The notes beneath the pieces were generated by a model. It saw only the letters and a list, made by a program, of their open reading frames with translations. It did not search any database and was not told where the DNA came from. Positions 9,885 to 19,024 of a stretch of DNA of 64,000 nt are shown piece after piece (position 1 is the stretch's first letter; the number at the start of each line of letters is the position of its first letter). The position numbers and the translations under genes are program-made. Origin of the DNA: Salinispira sp. (lineage in GTDB: Bacteria; Spirochaetota; Spirochaetia; DSM-27196; Salinispiraceae); assembly GCA_965602015.1 (NCBI GenBank), contig OZ271918.1:256001-320000 (forward strand), in the 5' to 3' direction.

Positions 9885-11900
9885 ATGACCGGTTTTTTTC
9901 GACGGGCGATAGGGATTTTCTGCCTCCTTTTTCCCTTCACCGTAACGGCGCAAAGCGCCGATAACATCCGCCTCTTCCTCCAAAACGAGCCCGTAGTCGA
10001 AGGCGAACTGTTCGCTATTTTCGTCGAAATGCCCCGGGAATACATAAGCGGGCTACGGGTTACCCAGCCTCCGAACAGCGATCGCATGCGTTTCTGGGGC
10101 GGAGAGTTTATATACAGCAGCAGTGAGTACGAGATCCCCGAGGATTATTTCCTGATTCGCTACCGCTATATGCCCGACGTGGCCGGGTTCACTTTGTTTC
10201 CCGGGCTCACCCTGACCTGGCCAGAAGCCCGCATCGAAAGCGGTCCCCTCCTGGTTCCGGTCCGTACCGATGGAGATATCATCCCTCCGGAACTGGAGTG
10301 GAATATTCCTGAGGGCCCGGTTTACGAAGGACAGACAGTCTACATTTCCCTGGATATGCACCGGGCGAAGGAAATATTGTTTCCCGATACCCTGAGCATC
10401 GAGACCCCCAGGGATGCCATTCTCGAGGAGGTCACCGGGCTGGGAGCCCTGATCGAGTATGAGTTCGCCGGGGAGATGTTTAACCGAATTCCCCTGGCTA
10501 CCTTCCTGTACACACCTCTCCGCAGCGGAAACCTGTCCATTCCGTCGGCCAGGGTCATCTTTGGCGGGTATGAGCGGGTCGTATCCCGGGAGTCCCTGCC
10601 GGTTCGGGCCCTCAGCGAACCTCAGCGGCTTCAGAACGGGGCGGTAGGCGATTTTACCCTGAGTACTTCAGAAACCCCGAGGAACATGCGAATGGGCGAA
10701 GAGCTGGTATTCGTGCTCAGCATAGCAGGGCGGGGCAGTCTCGGCGTGCTCCAGCTTCCCGACATTGAAGTTCTCAACGGGACCATAGAAGGTCGGGATC
10801 AAAGTGAAAACTACAGCCCGACGGAAGAAGGCTATGCCGGCAGCCAGAGCCGAAGTTACCGGATTCGGCCGGATGAGGTGGGAACCATGCAAATCCGGGT
10901 ACCGGAGTTTACATGGTTCGATCCTTCGGCCGGTGAGATCCGCAGTCAAAGTCCGCGGAACTTCTCTATCCGCATCGATCAGCGGGAAGGCGATGGCGAG
11001 AGGGCGCCAAGGTTCTCCGAGCTCAAGTATGATGCGCCGACGGGCATCGCAGCGATATTTCCCCTGTATCTTTCAAACTCGTTTACCGGAATGGTATTTA
11101 TCGTTCTCATTCCTCTCAGCATGCTTCTCTATGTTCTGCTCAAGCGGAAGAGCGGATTTGCGGTGCGCATGGGGATGACGGTGTTTATTCTTATATCGCT
11201 GGGACTCTTAACACTGATTGGTCTCAACCTCTACGATTTCGACCGCCTTGAAAGCCAACGGCAGGATTTTGTAGAGCGGGCTGTTGAATCAGCCCAGGTT
11301 CATCACCTTACCCGCGGGAGGCTGCTTGCTGAGATGCGGCCCTGGGACAACCGCCTGTTGTTTCATCTTGCGCAAATCGAATATCTGGCGGGAAATACTT
11401 CGCGAAGCCTGGTGCTTGTCAGACGGGCTGTGGGCAATTCTCCCATGGCTGCGTCCCTGAGGAATGCTCTTGAGCTGCTCGAGGGGGAAATGGAGCTTAC
11501 CCGTCAATTTGGTATTCCCCGAATTCTTCACGATGACTGGGCCTTCCTGCTGCTGTGGGCCTGCCTGATTACTTCGGGATTCGCCCTATTGCGCCGTGAT
11601 TTCCGGCCACGGTGGAACGCCTCAATGGTGATCGCCATGGTGGTAATGACGGTCACCGTGATAAGCGCCGTAACCATGGGCGTAATGTTTCGTCAGAACA
11701 TAAGCGATCAGACTCCGGTAATCCGTGAAGGAGGGGTCATGGTGAAAAAGATTCCCGACGCCGACGCGGAGAACTGGATCTTCCTGCCCGAGGGTACCAC
11801 CGTGCAAACCAAGGTCGAGAACAGCGGCTATGTCCAGATAGAAACCGCCTACGGCATCGTTGCGTGGATACCCGTCGATGGAGTGTATATCAGTGACTGA
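9885..11900 (+). CDS. BatD-like protein with C-terminal TPR/SH3-like (BatE-like) region
   Basis: AGGAGG RBS before ATG 9885; GAVGDF, FTWFDP BatD motifs; C-terminal LPEGTTV...GIVAWIP SH3-like. Confidence 0.75.
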   Translation: MTGFFRRAIGIFCLLFPFTVTAQSADNIRLFLQNEPVVEGELFAIFVEMPREYISGLRVTQPPNSDRMRFWGGEFIYSSSEYEIPEDYFLIRYRYMPDVAGFTLFPGLTLTWPEARIESGPLLVPVRTDGDIIPPELEWNIPEGPVYEGQTVYISLDMHRAKEILFPDTLSIETPRDAILEEVTGLGALIEYEFAGEMFNRIPLATFLYTPLRSGNLSIPSARVIFGGYERVVSRESLPVRALSEPQRLQNGAVGDFTLSTSETPRNMRMGEELVFVLSIAGRGSLGVLQLPDIEVLNGTIEGRDQSENYSPTEEGYAGSQSRSYRIRPDEVGTMQIRVPEFTWFDPSAGEIRSQSPRNFSIRIDQREGDGERAPRFSELKYDAPTGIAAIFPLYLSNSFTGMVFIVLIPLSMLLYVLLKRKSGFAVRMGMTVFILISLGLLTLIGLNLYDFDRLESQRQDFVERAVESAQVHHLTRGRLLAEMRPWDNRLLFHLAQIEYLAGNTSRSLVLVRRAVGNSPMAASLRNALELLEGEMELTRQFGIPRILHDDWAFLLLWACLITSGFALLRRDFRPRWNASMVIAMVVMTVTVISAVTMGVMFRQNISDQTPVIREGGVMVKKIPDADAENWIFLPEGTTVQTKVENSGYVQIETAYGIVAWIPVDGVYISD

Positions 11901-12330
11901 CTTCGGTAAAATTCTGGAGGAGTGGGACGGCATGAGAACCCGGCATGATTTTGCATCAATGCTGGACAGCTACCCCCCGGAGAGCGGCGATCACCCTGAA
12001 TCATCCGCCGATAATACCGGCAGTTCGCGGTCTTCAGATGAGCTTCACCGGGGTCATCCGAGAAACTGGCCCGTAGACCGCCGAATAGATCTTCACGGCA
12101 TGACCGTGCAGCAGGCTTCCGTAAGCCTTGAGAATGCCCTCAACGAGGCGGTGCGGACCAATCAGCGCAAACTGTTGATTATTCACGGTAAGGGTCTTCA
12201 CAGCCGCGGTGAGCCGGTTCTCAAAAAGCGCGTAATGGAAATCCTCGATGCCCACCCCCGTGCTGGAATGCGCGGGCAGGCGCCGCGAAGTGAGGGCGGG
12301 AGCGGTGCTCTGTGGGTAGCGATTAAATGA
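11893..12330 (+). CDS. Stand-alone Smr/MutS2 domain protein
   Basis: IDLHGMT, IIHGKGLHS, GGSGALWV. Confidence 0.9.
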   Translation: MTDFGKILEEWDGMRTRHDFASMLDSYPPESGDHPESSADNTGSSRSSDELHRGHPRNWPVDRRIDLHGMTVQQASVSLENALNEAVRTNQRKLLIIHGKGLHSRGEPVLKKRVMEILDAHPRAGMRGQAPRSEGGSGALWVAIK

Positions 12331-12376
12331 TGGTAAGTAAGATGATTGCTGCGCGATCTATGAGCCGACCGGGATC

Positions 12377-12595
12377 TTATCGTTCCCGGTAGATAATTCT
12401 TCCTCTTGTGAGGTCATAGGGTGAGAGGGCAACTTTGACCCGGTCCCCGGGAACAATACGGATATAGTGTTTCCGCATTTTTCCAGACAGATGGGTGAGG
12501 ATAACATGTCCGTTTTTTAATTCCACCCTGAACATGGTGTTCGGTAATGCTTCTTTGACTATACCTTCTACTTCAATAGCTTCTTCTTTCGCCAC
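12377..12595 (-). CDS. infA: Translation initiation factor IF-1
   Basis: [11 protein letters not shown]...LPNTMFRV...[15 protein letters not shown]...[13 protein letters not shown]. Confidence 0.98.
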   Translation of the reverse strand: MAKEEAIEVEGIVKEALPNTMFRVELKNGHVILTHLSGKMRKHYIRIVPGDRVKVALSPYDLTRGRIIYRER

Positions 12596-12655
12596 AAAAT
12601 CTCCATATGGGAATGTATATAGGGTTCTCTGTTAGAGGACTCCAGAAATCGCCTA

Positions 12656-12684
12656 ATAATAAAAAAATCAATTTTTTTTGTCAA
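12656..12684 (-). promoter_or_regulatory. Sigma70-type promoter for infA
   Basis: Minus strand TTGACA-17 bp-TATTAT; a weaker divergent TTGACT-17-CATTTT (12689-12717) faces the dksA-like gene. Confidence 0.7.
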
Positions 12685-12759
12685 CTTGTTGACTTTTATA
12701 TCTGATTAGGGCATTTTACCGACAATTTTCCGCGGATGCTCCGGAATTAGGAGTTCGTA

Positions 12760-13116
12760 ATGGACAGAGATTTCGTCGAACGGATGAAAGAAAAACTGCT
12801 TCAGATGAAGGCTGAAATTATTCAGAACCTCATCCACGAAGACGAGGATTTTCTTGAACTGGCTTCGTCAAACGACAAAAAAGACCTGGTGGATGCCGCC
12901 AGCAGCGATATTGATAAAAAACTTCTGAGCACGTTGTCGGCTCAGGAGGTGAAGCGCCTCAACCTCATCGAGGCTGCGCTCTCCCGAATTGAAAACGGCA
13001 AGTACGGGTACTGTCTGAAAACCGGCAAACCCATTCCAGCCGAGCGCCTCGAAGCCATCCCCTACGCCCTGTATACCATTGAGTATCAGAATGAGATAGA
13101 GCGGAGGAACAGATAG
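12760..13116 (+). CDS. dksA: DksA/TraR-family transcription factor
   Basis: Coiled-coil tip DLVDAA (DxxDxA); IEAALSRIENGKYGYC...IPAERLEAIP. Confidence 0.85.
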   Translation: MDRDFVERMKEKLLQMKAEIIQNLIHEDEDFLELASSNDKKDLVDAASSDIDKKLLSTLSAQEVKRLNLIEAALSRIENGKYGYCLKTGKPIPAERLEAIPYALYTIEYQNEIERRNR

Positions 13117-13222
13117 CCGCCCGCTAAACTCCTCTTATTTCTTCAGCTGCATGTGCCGAAAATATTAATGGAAAGACATAAAAAGTCTGTTCCGATATTT
13201 TCCCGTGAAGCCGGAGGAGTTT

Positions 13223-13669
13223 ATGAGCGCCGCCGTCCAGGCACTTCCCAGCGCGGGCAGTTTTCAAAGGCTGCCTTCAACCGCAATCCCCCTGAATCAA
13301 ATGCTGAGGCCTCAGTATGTAGGCGGCAAGGTGGGGGTGTCGGTCAGGGATTTTTCGGTTTACACCCACTTCAAGCACATTACCGCCATGCCTTCGGCCG
13401 ACGGAGCCGGATACTCGGCATCCCGGCTGCGAATGCTCGACACGCTTATAGACAGACTCGTCAAACTCAAAGAAAATTCCATTGATGAGGACCAAAGTAC
13501 AAATCTCGGCGGCATGGACTCCCAGGCCATCGATGCTCTCATCGACGAATATGCCCGCCGTTACCAGCAGCTGGAAGCTCAAAGTTCACAGGGACTTAGC
13601 CGTGACCAAGGCGCCGATTTTGGCATCAGCGAAGGCAACAACGCCATGTTTCTGAACATTTTCGCATGA
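13223..13669 (+). CDS. Hypothetical protein
   Basis: ORF with GGAGGAG RBS; no recognisable domain. Confidence 0.6.
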   Translation: MSAAVQALPSAGSFQRLPSTAIPLNQMLRPQYVGGKVGVSVRDFSVYTHFKHITAMPSADGAGYSASRLRMLDTLIDRLVKLKENSIDEDQSTNLGGMDSQAIDALIDEYARRYQQLEAQSSQGLSRDQGADFGISEGNNAMFLNIFA

Positions 13670-13723
13670 ACCGAGATTCAGTGAAGTGCGGGATTGATTC
13701 CTGCCGGTTTTGTTTTCCGGTGG

Positions 13724-14407
13724 CTATATCATTCCGTGATCGGTTTTGAAGCTGTCTTCCCTGGTTTCCCTTTCAATGGTGGAAAGCGGACCGTGTCCCG
13801 GGTAAATGACGGTTTGCGGAGCGAGGCTGAACACTTTTTTTTCCAATAATTTCAGCATCTTATCCCCGTCGCCGCCTTGAATGTCGGTGCGCCCGAGTCC
13901 GTCGAAAAACAGCGAATCACCGGTAAACAGGGCATTGGTAGTCTCGGAAAAAAAGCACACGCTCCCGGGAGTGTGGCCGGGAATGTGAATTACCTGCAAG
14001 TCGCTTTCCGGAAGGGTGTCGCCTTCCTTGAAGTAGAAATCCGGCTTCGGCCTGGGTCCGAACATGTCCTGGAAAACCTCGTCGGCTTCCTTGTTTTCCG
14101 GCGGGAGAAACGAGCGGTTCACATCCGCTGCGTCCTCTTTGAGGTACTCCGCGTCTTTGCGGTGTATTCCAACGGTAATCTCGCAGCCCTTTTCTCTGTA
14201 ATGCTCGATTATTGCGGCAGCGCCGGCGGTGTGGTCGATATGACCATGGGTAAAAACAATGGTATGAGGGGTCATGTTGACCCGCTCCATACTCTGCCAG
14301 ATAGTTTTTGCATCCACGCCGGGGTCGATGAGGATGCAGGATTTTCTTCCCGTTGCGAAGATATATGTATTAGTATGAAGAGGGCCCGTTATAATTCGTT
14401 CTACCAT
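13724..14407 (-). CDS. MBL-fold metallo-hydrolase (glyoxalase II-like)
   Basis: THGHIDH, PGHTPGS, FTGDSLF, YPGHG. Confidence 0.9.
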   Translation of the reverse strand: MVERIITGPLHTNTYIFATGRKSCILIDPGVDAKTIWQSMERVNMTPHTIVFTHGHIDHTAGAAAIIEHYREKGCEITVGIHRKDAEYLKEDAADVNRSFLPPENKEADEVFQDMFGPRPKPDFYFKEGDTLPESDLQVIHIPGHTPGSVCFFSETTNALFTGDSLFFDGLGRTDIQGGDGDKMLKLLEKKVFSLAPQTVIYPGHGPLSTIERETREDSFKTDHGMI

Positions 14408-14451
14408 TATCGATTAGGATAATCACAAAGCAGAATTGAGGCAAGTTGATA

Positions 14452-15600
14452 ATGTTTCCCCTGGTCCCGGCCATTGCCGCCGCGGTTCTTTTTTACATAA
14501 TACTCCCCACACTCGGAGCCTTTATTGCCCGGCGCCGCTGGCGTTCGTTTCGGCAACGGATAGTCGATTCTTCCTACCTTCCCCTGTATCCTCAAAGGAT
14601 AGGTCGCAAAACTCCCGGGGACACCCCACAGCCGGCGTCCGGGGAACCGGAAGCTTCATACCGGTTTTTCGGGATTCTCGAAGCTGTCGAGGACAGCGAC
14701 ATAATCTGGCTGAGCGACGGAACTCACCGGATACGGGTTGACCTCTCCTCATCGGAGATCTATATCCTTCCGGGCCATAAACTCACCGATCCCAACCCCT
14801 CGGCGGACCACAGCCCCCGCATTACCCGGTGGAAAAACCTGGGGAGCCTTCCGGAGGGAACGGAATTTTTCGTCACCGGAGAAATGAAACGGGACACCCT
14901 GGTGCCGATGTTCGTTAAATCCGAAAAACAGGAGCTTCTGGTGGTCATCCATGATATGCCCCGGGAGCAGTTTCTCGCCCGGGCCATACAGACCGGCCGT
15001 CAGCGCAATGAATTCTGGAATGAACTCACTCCGTTTTCCTTTCTCTCAGGGCTAATGGCCGAGCTGATCCTTATACTGTCCCTGCTGCAGGCTAATCCTG
15101 GAAGCCTGCTGCTGCTGGCTCTTGTTCCCCTGGCGCTGATCCCGGTAATGATCCTCGCACCGCCGGGGATATTTTTATATTTCCTGTACCGGAGTGCCTG
15201 GAAAAAAGCCCGGAAGTATCGGGAGGAGCGGGACCTTCTGCGTCTGCCGCTGCGTTACCGCCGAGGAGAGGCGGCGCAGGGAGATCTTCCCGACGGCGGC
15301 AGCTACACACTCAGGCTTGAGGAGGGGCTGCCGGAAGATCTGAGAAATGACGGGGAAATGCGGATCAGACATGCCATGGCGGTTGATCCGACGGAAAGTT
15401 TAGTCTGGTATTTTTCAAGTCCTGACAGCAGCGACCCATTCGCGGAGCGGATATACATCAAGGGCGATCCCTCGGAGCTGGCGCGGGAAAGTCAGAAACG
15501 GGCGGTGCAACTGGAGTATATGAGCGTTCTGTACTTTTCCGCCGGCCTGTTGATCAACGGGTTGCTGCTTTTTGCGTTGCTGCTGATGTGGTGGTTCTGA
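14452..15600 (+). CDS. Hypothetical membrane protein
   Basis: Long ORF with N-terminal, central and C-terminal hydrophobic segments. Confidence 0.7.
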   Translation: MFPLVPAIAAAVLFYIILPTLGAFIARRRWRSFRQRIVDSSYLPLYPQRIGRKTPGDTPQPASGEPEASYRFFGILEAVEDSDIIWLSDGTHRIRVDLSSSEIYILPGHKLTDPNPSADHSPRITRWKNLGSLPEGTEFFVTGEMKRDTLVPMFVKSEKQELLVVIHDMPREQFLARAIQTGRQRNEFWNELTPFSFLSGLMAELILILSLLQANPGSLLLLALVPLALIPVMILAPPGIFLYFLYRSAWKKARKYREERDLLRLPLRYRRGEAAQGDLPDGGSYTLRLEEGLPEDLRNDGEMRIRHAMAVDPTESLVWYFSSPDSSDPFAERIYIKGDPSELARESQKRAVQLEYMSVLYFSAGLLINGLLLFALLLMWWF

Positions 15601-15614
15601 TGTGGTGGTTCTGA
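15583..15614. repeat. 14-bp tandem duplication CTGATGTGGTGGTT x2 spanning a stop codon
   Basis: Read directly: 15583-15596 and 15597-15610. Confidence 0.85.
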
Positions 15615-15641
15615 GTGCGATTGGTATCATTTTGACATGGT

Positions 15642-15672
15642 AAAAAAAATCCCGCCACCGGGGCGGGATTTT
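15642..15672 (-). terminator. Rho-independent terminator between convergent genes
   Basis: AAAATCCCGCC-ACCGG-GGCGGGATTTT hairpin; A8 tract gives a U-run on the minus strand. Confidence 0.8.
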
Positions 15673-15687
15673 ACGTGTACAGCAGTA

Positions 15688-16197
15688 TCAGTTCTTTTTC
15701 TTTGCGTAGTTTACGTTCAAACTCCGGCCCCGATAGTCAGTGCCGTTCAATGTTTCGATTACCTCATTGGCCTTATCGATATTGATATCCGCAAATGAGT
15801 AATTATCCAATATTTTAATGTTTCCGATGTCTTCCCGGGCAAGGCCGGTGTTATCTAAAATGAGCCCGACAAGATCCCTGGGGTAAACCCGGCGGGTACG
15901 GCCAATGCCGATAAACACAGAGGTCATGTTATCATTTGATTTGTCGCCGGACCGGTCGTTGGATCTGTTATTTGATGGCTGAGGTTTTCGGCGACGGGTC
16001 GGACGGCCGCCTTCCTTGAAATATTTCAGCATGTAAGCGGCAGCATAGCCGCGCTTAAAAACCGAAACGTACTTTTTGAATAGTCTGCGGTACTCATCAA
16101 GTTCGGCGGGATCCTCGTTCTCATGAATACCGCTGAGTATAGAATCGAGCTGATCCTGGACTTGCTCTTCGTCGATTTGATAATTGTCTTTCGCCAT
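15688..16197 (-). CDS. Stand-alone DbpA RNA-binding-domain protein
   Basis: VFIGIGRTRRVYPRDLVG...IGNIKILDNYSFADI...LNGTDYRGRSLNV; AGGAG RBS before ATG 16197. Confidence 0.85.
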   Translation of the reverse strand: MAKDNYQIDEEQVQDQLDSILSGIHENEDPAELDEYRRLFKKYVSVFKRGYAAAYMLKYFKEGGRPTRRRKPQPSNNRSNDRSGDKSNDNMTSVFIGIGRTRRVYPRDLVGLILDNTGLAREDIGNIKILDNYSFADINIDKANEVIETLNGTDYRGRSLNVNYAKKKN

Positions 16198-16622
16198 TGT
16201 GCGCTCCTGTGATTGGTTGTGCCATGAAATTCGGGATTGCATCCCTTTTCGGCGGCGGGCAAAGCCTTGGTATACCGCGACTATATAAAGCGGATAAACT
16301 CCGCGGTTTCCGGCGTTCTCTTGCGAGTTTTCGGATTGCTAAGGGTATACCTTTTTATTGGGCTTTCATCGGTGAAAAATCCGAAAAGAATCTGCGCTGA
16401 GACTCCTGCGAAACGACGCTCGCCGCTGTTCCCCGCTAATAAGCAGGGGATCTCTGTTTTTTACCGCAACGCGGTTATTAACTGAAAAATGGCCAAGCGG
16501 GAAAAAACCGGATATTGCCGGTATGAACACTTCCCTTTTTAATGTGAAAACGGAAAAACCTGGGTAGCTGTATCTTTTTGCCGAGTTCCTCCTTTTCCTA
16601 TGGGAAATTTAAAGTATTTTAA

Positions 16623-16651
16623 AGAATATCCGCGCCAATTTTCTTTGTCAA
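16623..16651 (-). promoter_or_regulatory. Sigma70-type promoter facing the DbpA-domain gene
   Basis: Minus strand TTGACA-17 bp-TATTCT. Confidence 0.6.
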
Positions 16652-16693
16652 GAATGAGGCTTTTTCACCGATACCGTAGTGGGGAGTAACAGA

Positions 16694-17935
16694 ATGATCA
16701 AGACCCGCAGTTCACATAATGCCGCCGGGGGCTTTTTCCGAATGAGCCTTCTGGCCGGCCTGCTCATTTTCGCATTTCACCGGGAAGCGCTTACGCAGAC
16801 CCTTCAATTCAGATTTCGCGAAGGCGACCGCTACAGGATCCTGTCAGAAATACAGCAGGACGTATACGTGAACGAGCAGTATCAATACTCTGCCGAGCTG
16901 CTCAACCGCATACAGGTGGAAGTTACCGAGGCTCGGGACGGCCGCGGATTTCAACAGGTTTTTTATCAGCACTCGGTGGAAGGCCGAACCGGCGGAGTCG
17001 ACGCATATCAGCTCGACAGGGAATACAGCGCTGAGTTCTGGCGGGATTCCCAGGGCCGCTACGAAATTGATCCCGGGTATTTTGTGCCCACGGTGCGGGA
17101 CGTGCCGATATTCCCCGACCGGGAACTGTCGCCCGGTGAAAGCTGGTCGGATTACGGGTACGAAGTTCATGATTTACGGGACGGATTCGGTATCCAAGAC
17201 GTGTTCCGTTTCCCGATGCCGGTTACCTATCGCTATGTCGGTCCGGTAATGCGCGAGGGAATTGAATTGCAGCATATCGTAATCGAATATAATGTGTATC
17301 ATCGCAAGGATGTTCCCGCCGGTTTTTTTCAGTACCCCTACCTCATTACCGGCATGTCTCGCCAGAACTACTACTTCGACTCTCTGCTTGGACGACCCCA
17401 TTCCTATGACGAGGTATATGACATAATGCTTCATGTCAGCGATGGAACAACCGTGCGCTACACCGGCAGTGCGAGGGCGGTGGTTATTGAAAGCCAGGAC
17501 CTTGACCGAAATGCCCTGCTCGGCGAGCTCGAAGATGCCCTGGATGAGCTGGGTGTGGAAGACAGTGTTGTCACCCAGGATGAACGGGGAGTCACCATAT
17601 CCCTTGAAAACATCCAGTTCCAAGCCGACTCTGCCCGGCTGCTGCCGGGAGAGCTGGACAAGATAGAAAAAATCGCCGGAATCCTGCTTCAGTATCCCGA
17701 CCGGGACATCCTCGTAAGCGGTCATACGGCGCTTGCGGGCACCGCTGCCGGGCGTCAGAGACTCAGCGAGGACAGGGCCCGGGCGGTGGTGGATTATCTG
17801 CTTTCCCTCGGTGTCAGGGAGAGGGCAAACATCATGTATCAGGGATTCGGCGCCGAACTGCCAGTAGCCCCCAATACCAGTCCCGAGGGTATGAGGCGGA
17901 ACCGCCGGGTAGAGATCACTATTCTCGAGAATTAG
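16694..17935 (+). CDS. OmpA/MotB-like peptidoglycan-binding domain protein
   Basis: C-terminal IQFQADSA...GHTA...LSEDRARAV...NRRVEI. Confidence 0.88.
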   Translation: MIKTRSSHNAAGGFFRMSLLAGLLIFAFHREALTQTLQFRFREGDRYRILSEIQQDVYVNEQYQYSAELLNRIQVEVTEARDGRGFQQVFYQHSVEGRTGGVDAYQLDREYSAEFWRDSQGRYEIDPGYFVPTVRDVPIFPDRELSPGESWSDYGYEVHDLRDGFGIQDVFRFPMPVTYRYVGPVMREGIELQHIVIEYNVYHRKDVPAGFFQYPYLITGMSRQNYYFDSLLGRPHSYDEVYDIMLHVSDGTTVRYTGSARAVVIESQDLDRNALLGELEDALDELGVEDSVVTQDERGVTISLENIQFQADSARLLPGELDKIEKIAGILLQYPDRDILVSGHTALAGTAAGRQRLSEDRARAVVDYLLSLGVRERANIMYQGFGAELPVAPNTSPEGMRRNRRVEITILEN

Positions 17936-18065
17936 ACAGCAACAAGCTTCCAGGCACTCGGATTGTAATAATTCTGTTAAAATACCCGGACACTTGGGGC
18001 AAAATACCAGCTTAAAACTTGACAAATCAGATTGAGAAGGTTAACTATAACTACAGGAGGACCAC

Positions 18066-18989
18066 ATGGCTGTTTACTCGAGTATTACCGAACTCATCGG
18101 CAATACCCCCATGCTCCGGCTGAATGGCTCTAATGACGGCGGCGCAGAAGTTCTTGTAAAACTGGAAAGCTTTAACCCGCTGTCCAGCGTCAAGGACCGA
18201 ATCGGTCTGGCGATGATCCGGGCCGCGGAGGCCGATGGCAAATTGCAGCCGGGCGCGCCGATTGTCGAGGCGACGAGCGGAAACACGGGAATCGCTCTGG
18301 CTTTCGTGGGAGCAGCTACCGGACATCGGGTCATCCTCACAATGCCGGACACCATGAGCATCGAGCGACGGCGTCTGTTAAAAGCCTTCGGGGCAGAGCT
18401 GGTGCTCACGGCGGGTTCCGAGGGAATGTCCGGGGCGGTGAATAAGGCCCAGGAAATCCTCAAAGAGAATCCCGGTTCGTTTATGACCAGGCAGTTCGAG
18501 AATCCCGCGAATCCCGATGTGCATCGGGAAACAACCGCTGAAGAAATCTGGAAGGATTGCGAAGGAAGGATAGATGCATTTGTTGCCGGGGTTGGCACAG
18601 GAGGTACCGTCACCGGAGCCGGAGGCCGTCTGAAGGAACTCAATCCCGACCTGCATCTTGTCGCAGTTGAGCCGGCGGAGAGCCCCGTGCTTTCTGGCGG
18701 GAATCCGGGGCCCCACCGCATACAGGGAATCGGCGCGGGATTCGTGCCCGCGGTAATGAAAAAAGACCTCATCGACGAGGTGATACGGGTCAGCTCGGAG
18801 CAGGCCGGCGCCCAGAGCCGGCGGCTCGCCTCCGGCGAAGGATTGATGGCGGGGATATCGGCAGGGGCGAACGTCTTTGCCGCACTCGAGCTGTCGCGCC
18901 GTCCGGAATTTTCCGGCAAACGCATCGTAACGGTCATCTGCGACAGCGGTGAACGCTATCTGAGTACCTGGTTATACGACGAACATTAG
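18066..18989 (+). CDS. cysK: Cysteine synthase A
   Basis: KLESFNPLSSVKDR (PLP Lys), EATSGNTG, GVGTGGT, IQGIGAG, DSGERYLS. Confidence 0.95.
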   Translation: MAVYSSITELIGNTPMLRLNGSNDGGAEVLVKLESFNPLSSVKDRIGLAMIRAAEADGKLQPGAPIVEATSGNTGIALAFVGAATGHRVILTMPDTMSIERRRLLKAFGAELVLTAGSEGMSGAVNKAQEILKENPGSFMTRQFENPANPDVHRETTAEEIWKDCEGRIDAFVAGVGTGGTVTGAGGRLKELNPDLHLVAVEPAESPVLSGGNPGPHRIQGIGAGFVPAVMKKDLIDEVIRVSSEQAGAQSRRLASGEGLMAGISAGANVFAALELSRRPEFSGKRIVTVICDSGERYLSTWLYDEH

Positions 18990-19024
18990 CAGCTCCGGGG
19001 CAGCCCCGGCAAAAGGAGAACAGC

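Noticed and set aside
18074..18937. 287-aa antisense ORF and the many similar shadow ORFs (e.g. 22..396, 17174..18025, 33894..34658)
   Set aside because: They overlap well-supported genes on the opposite strand and lack motifs; expected in GC-rich coding DNA.
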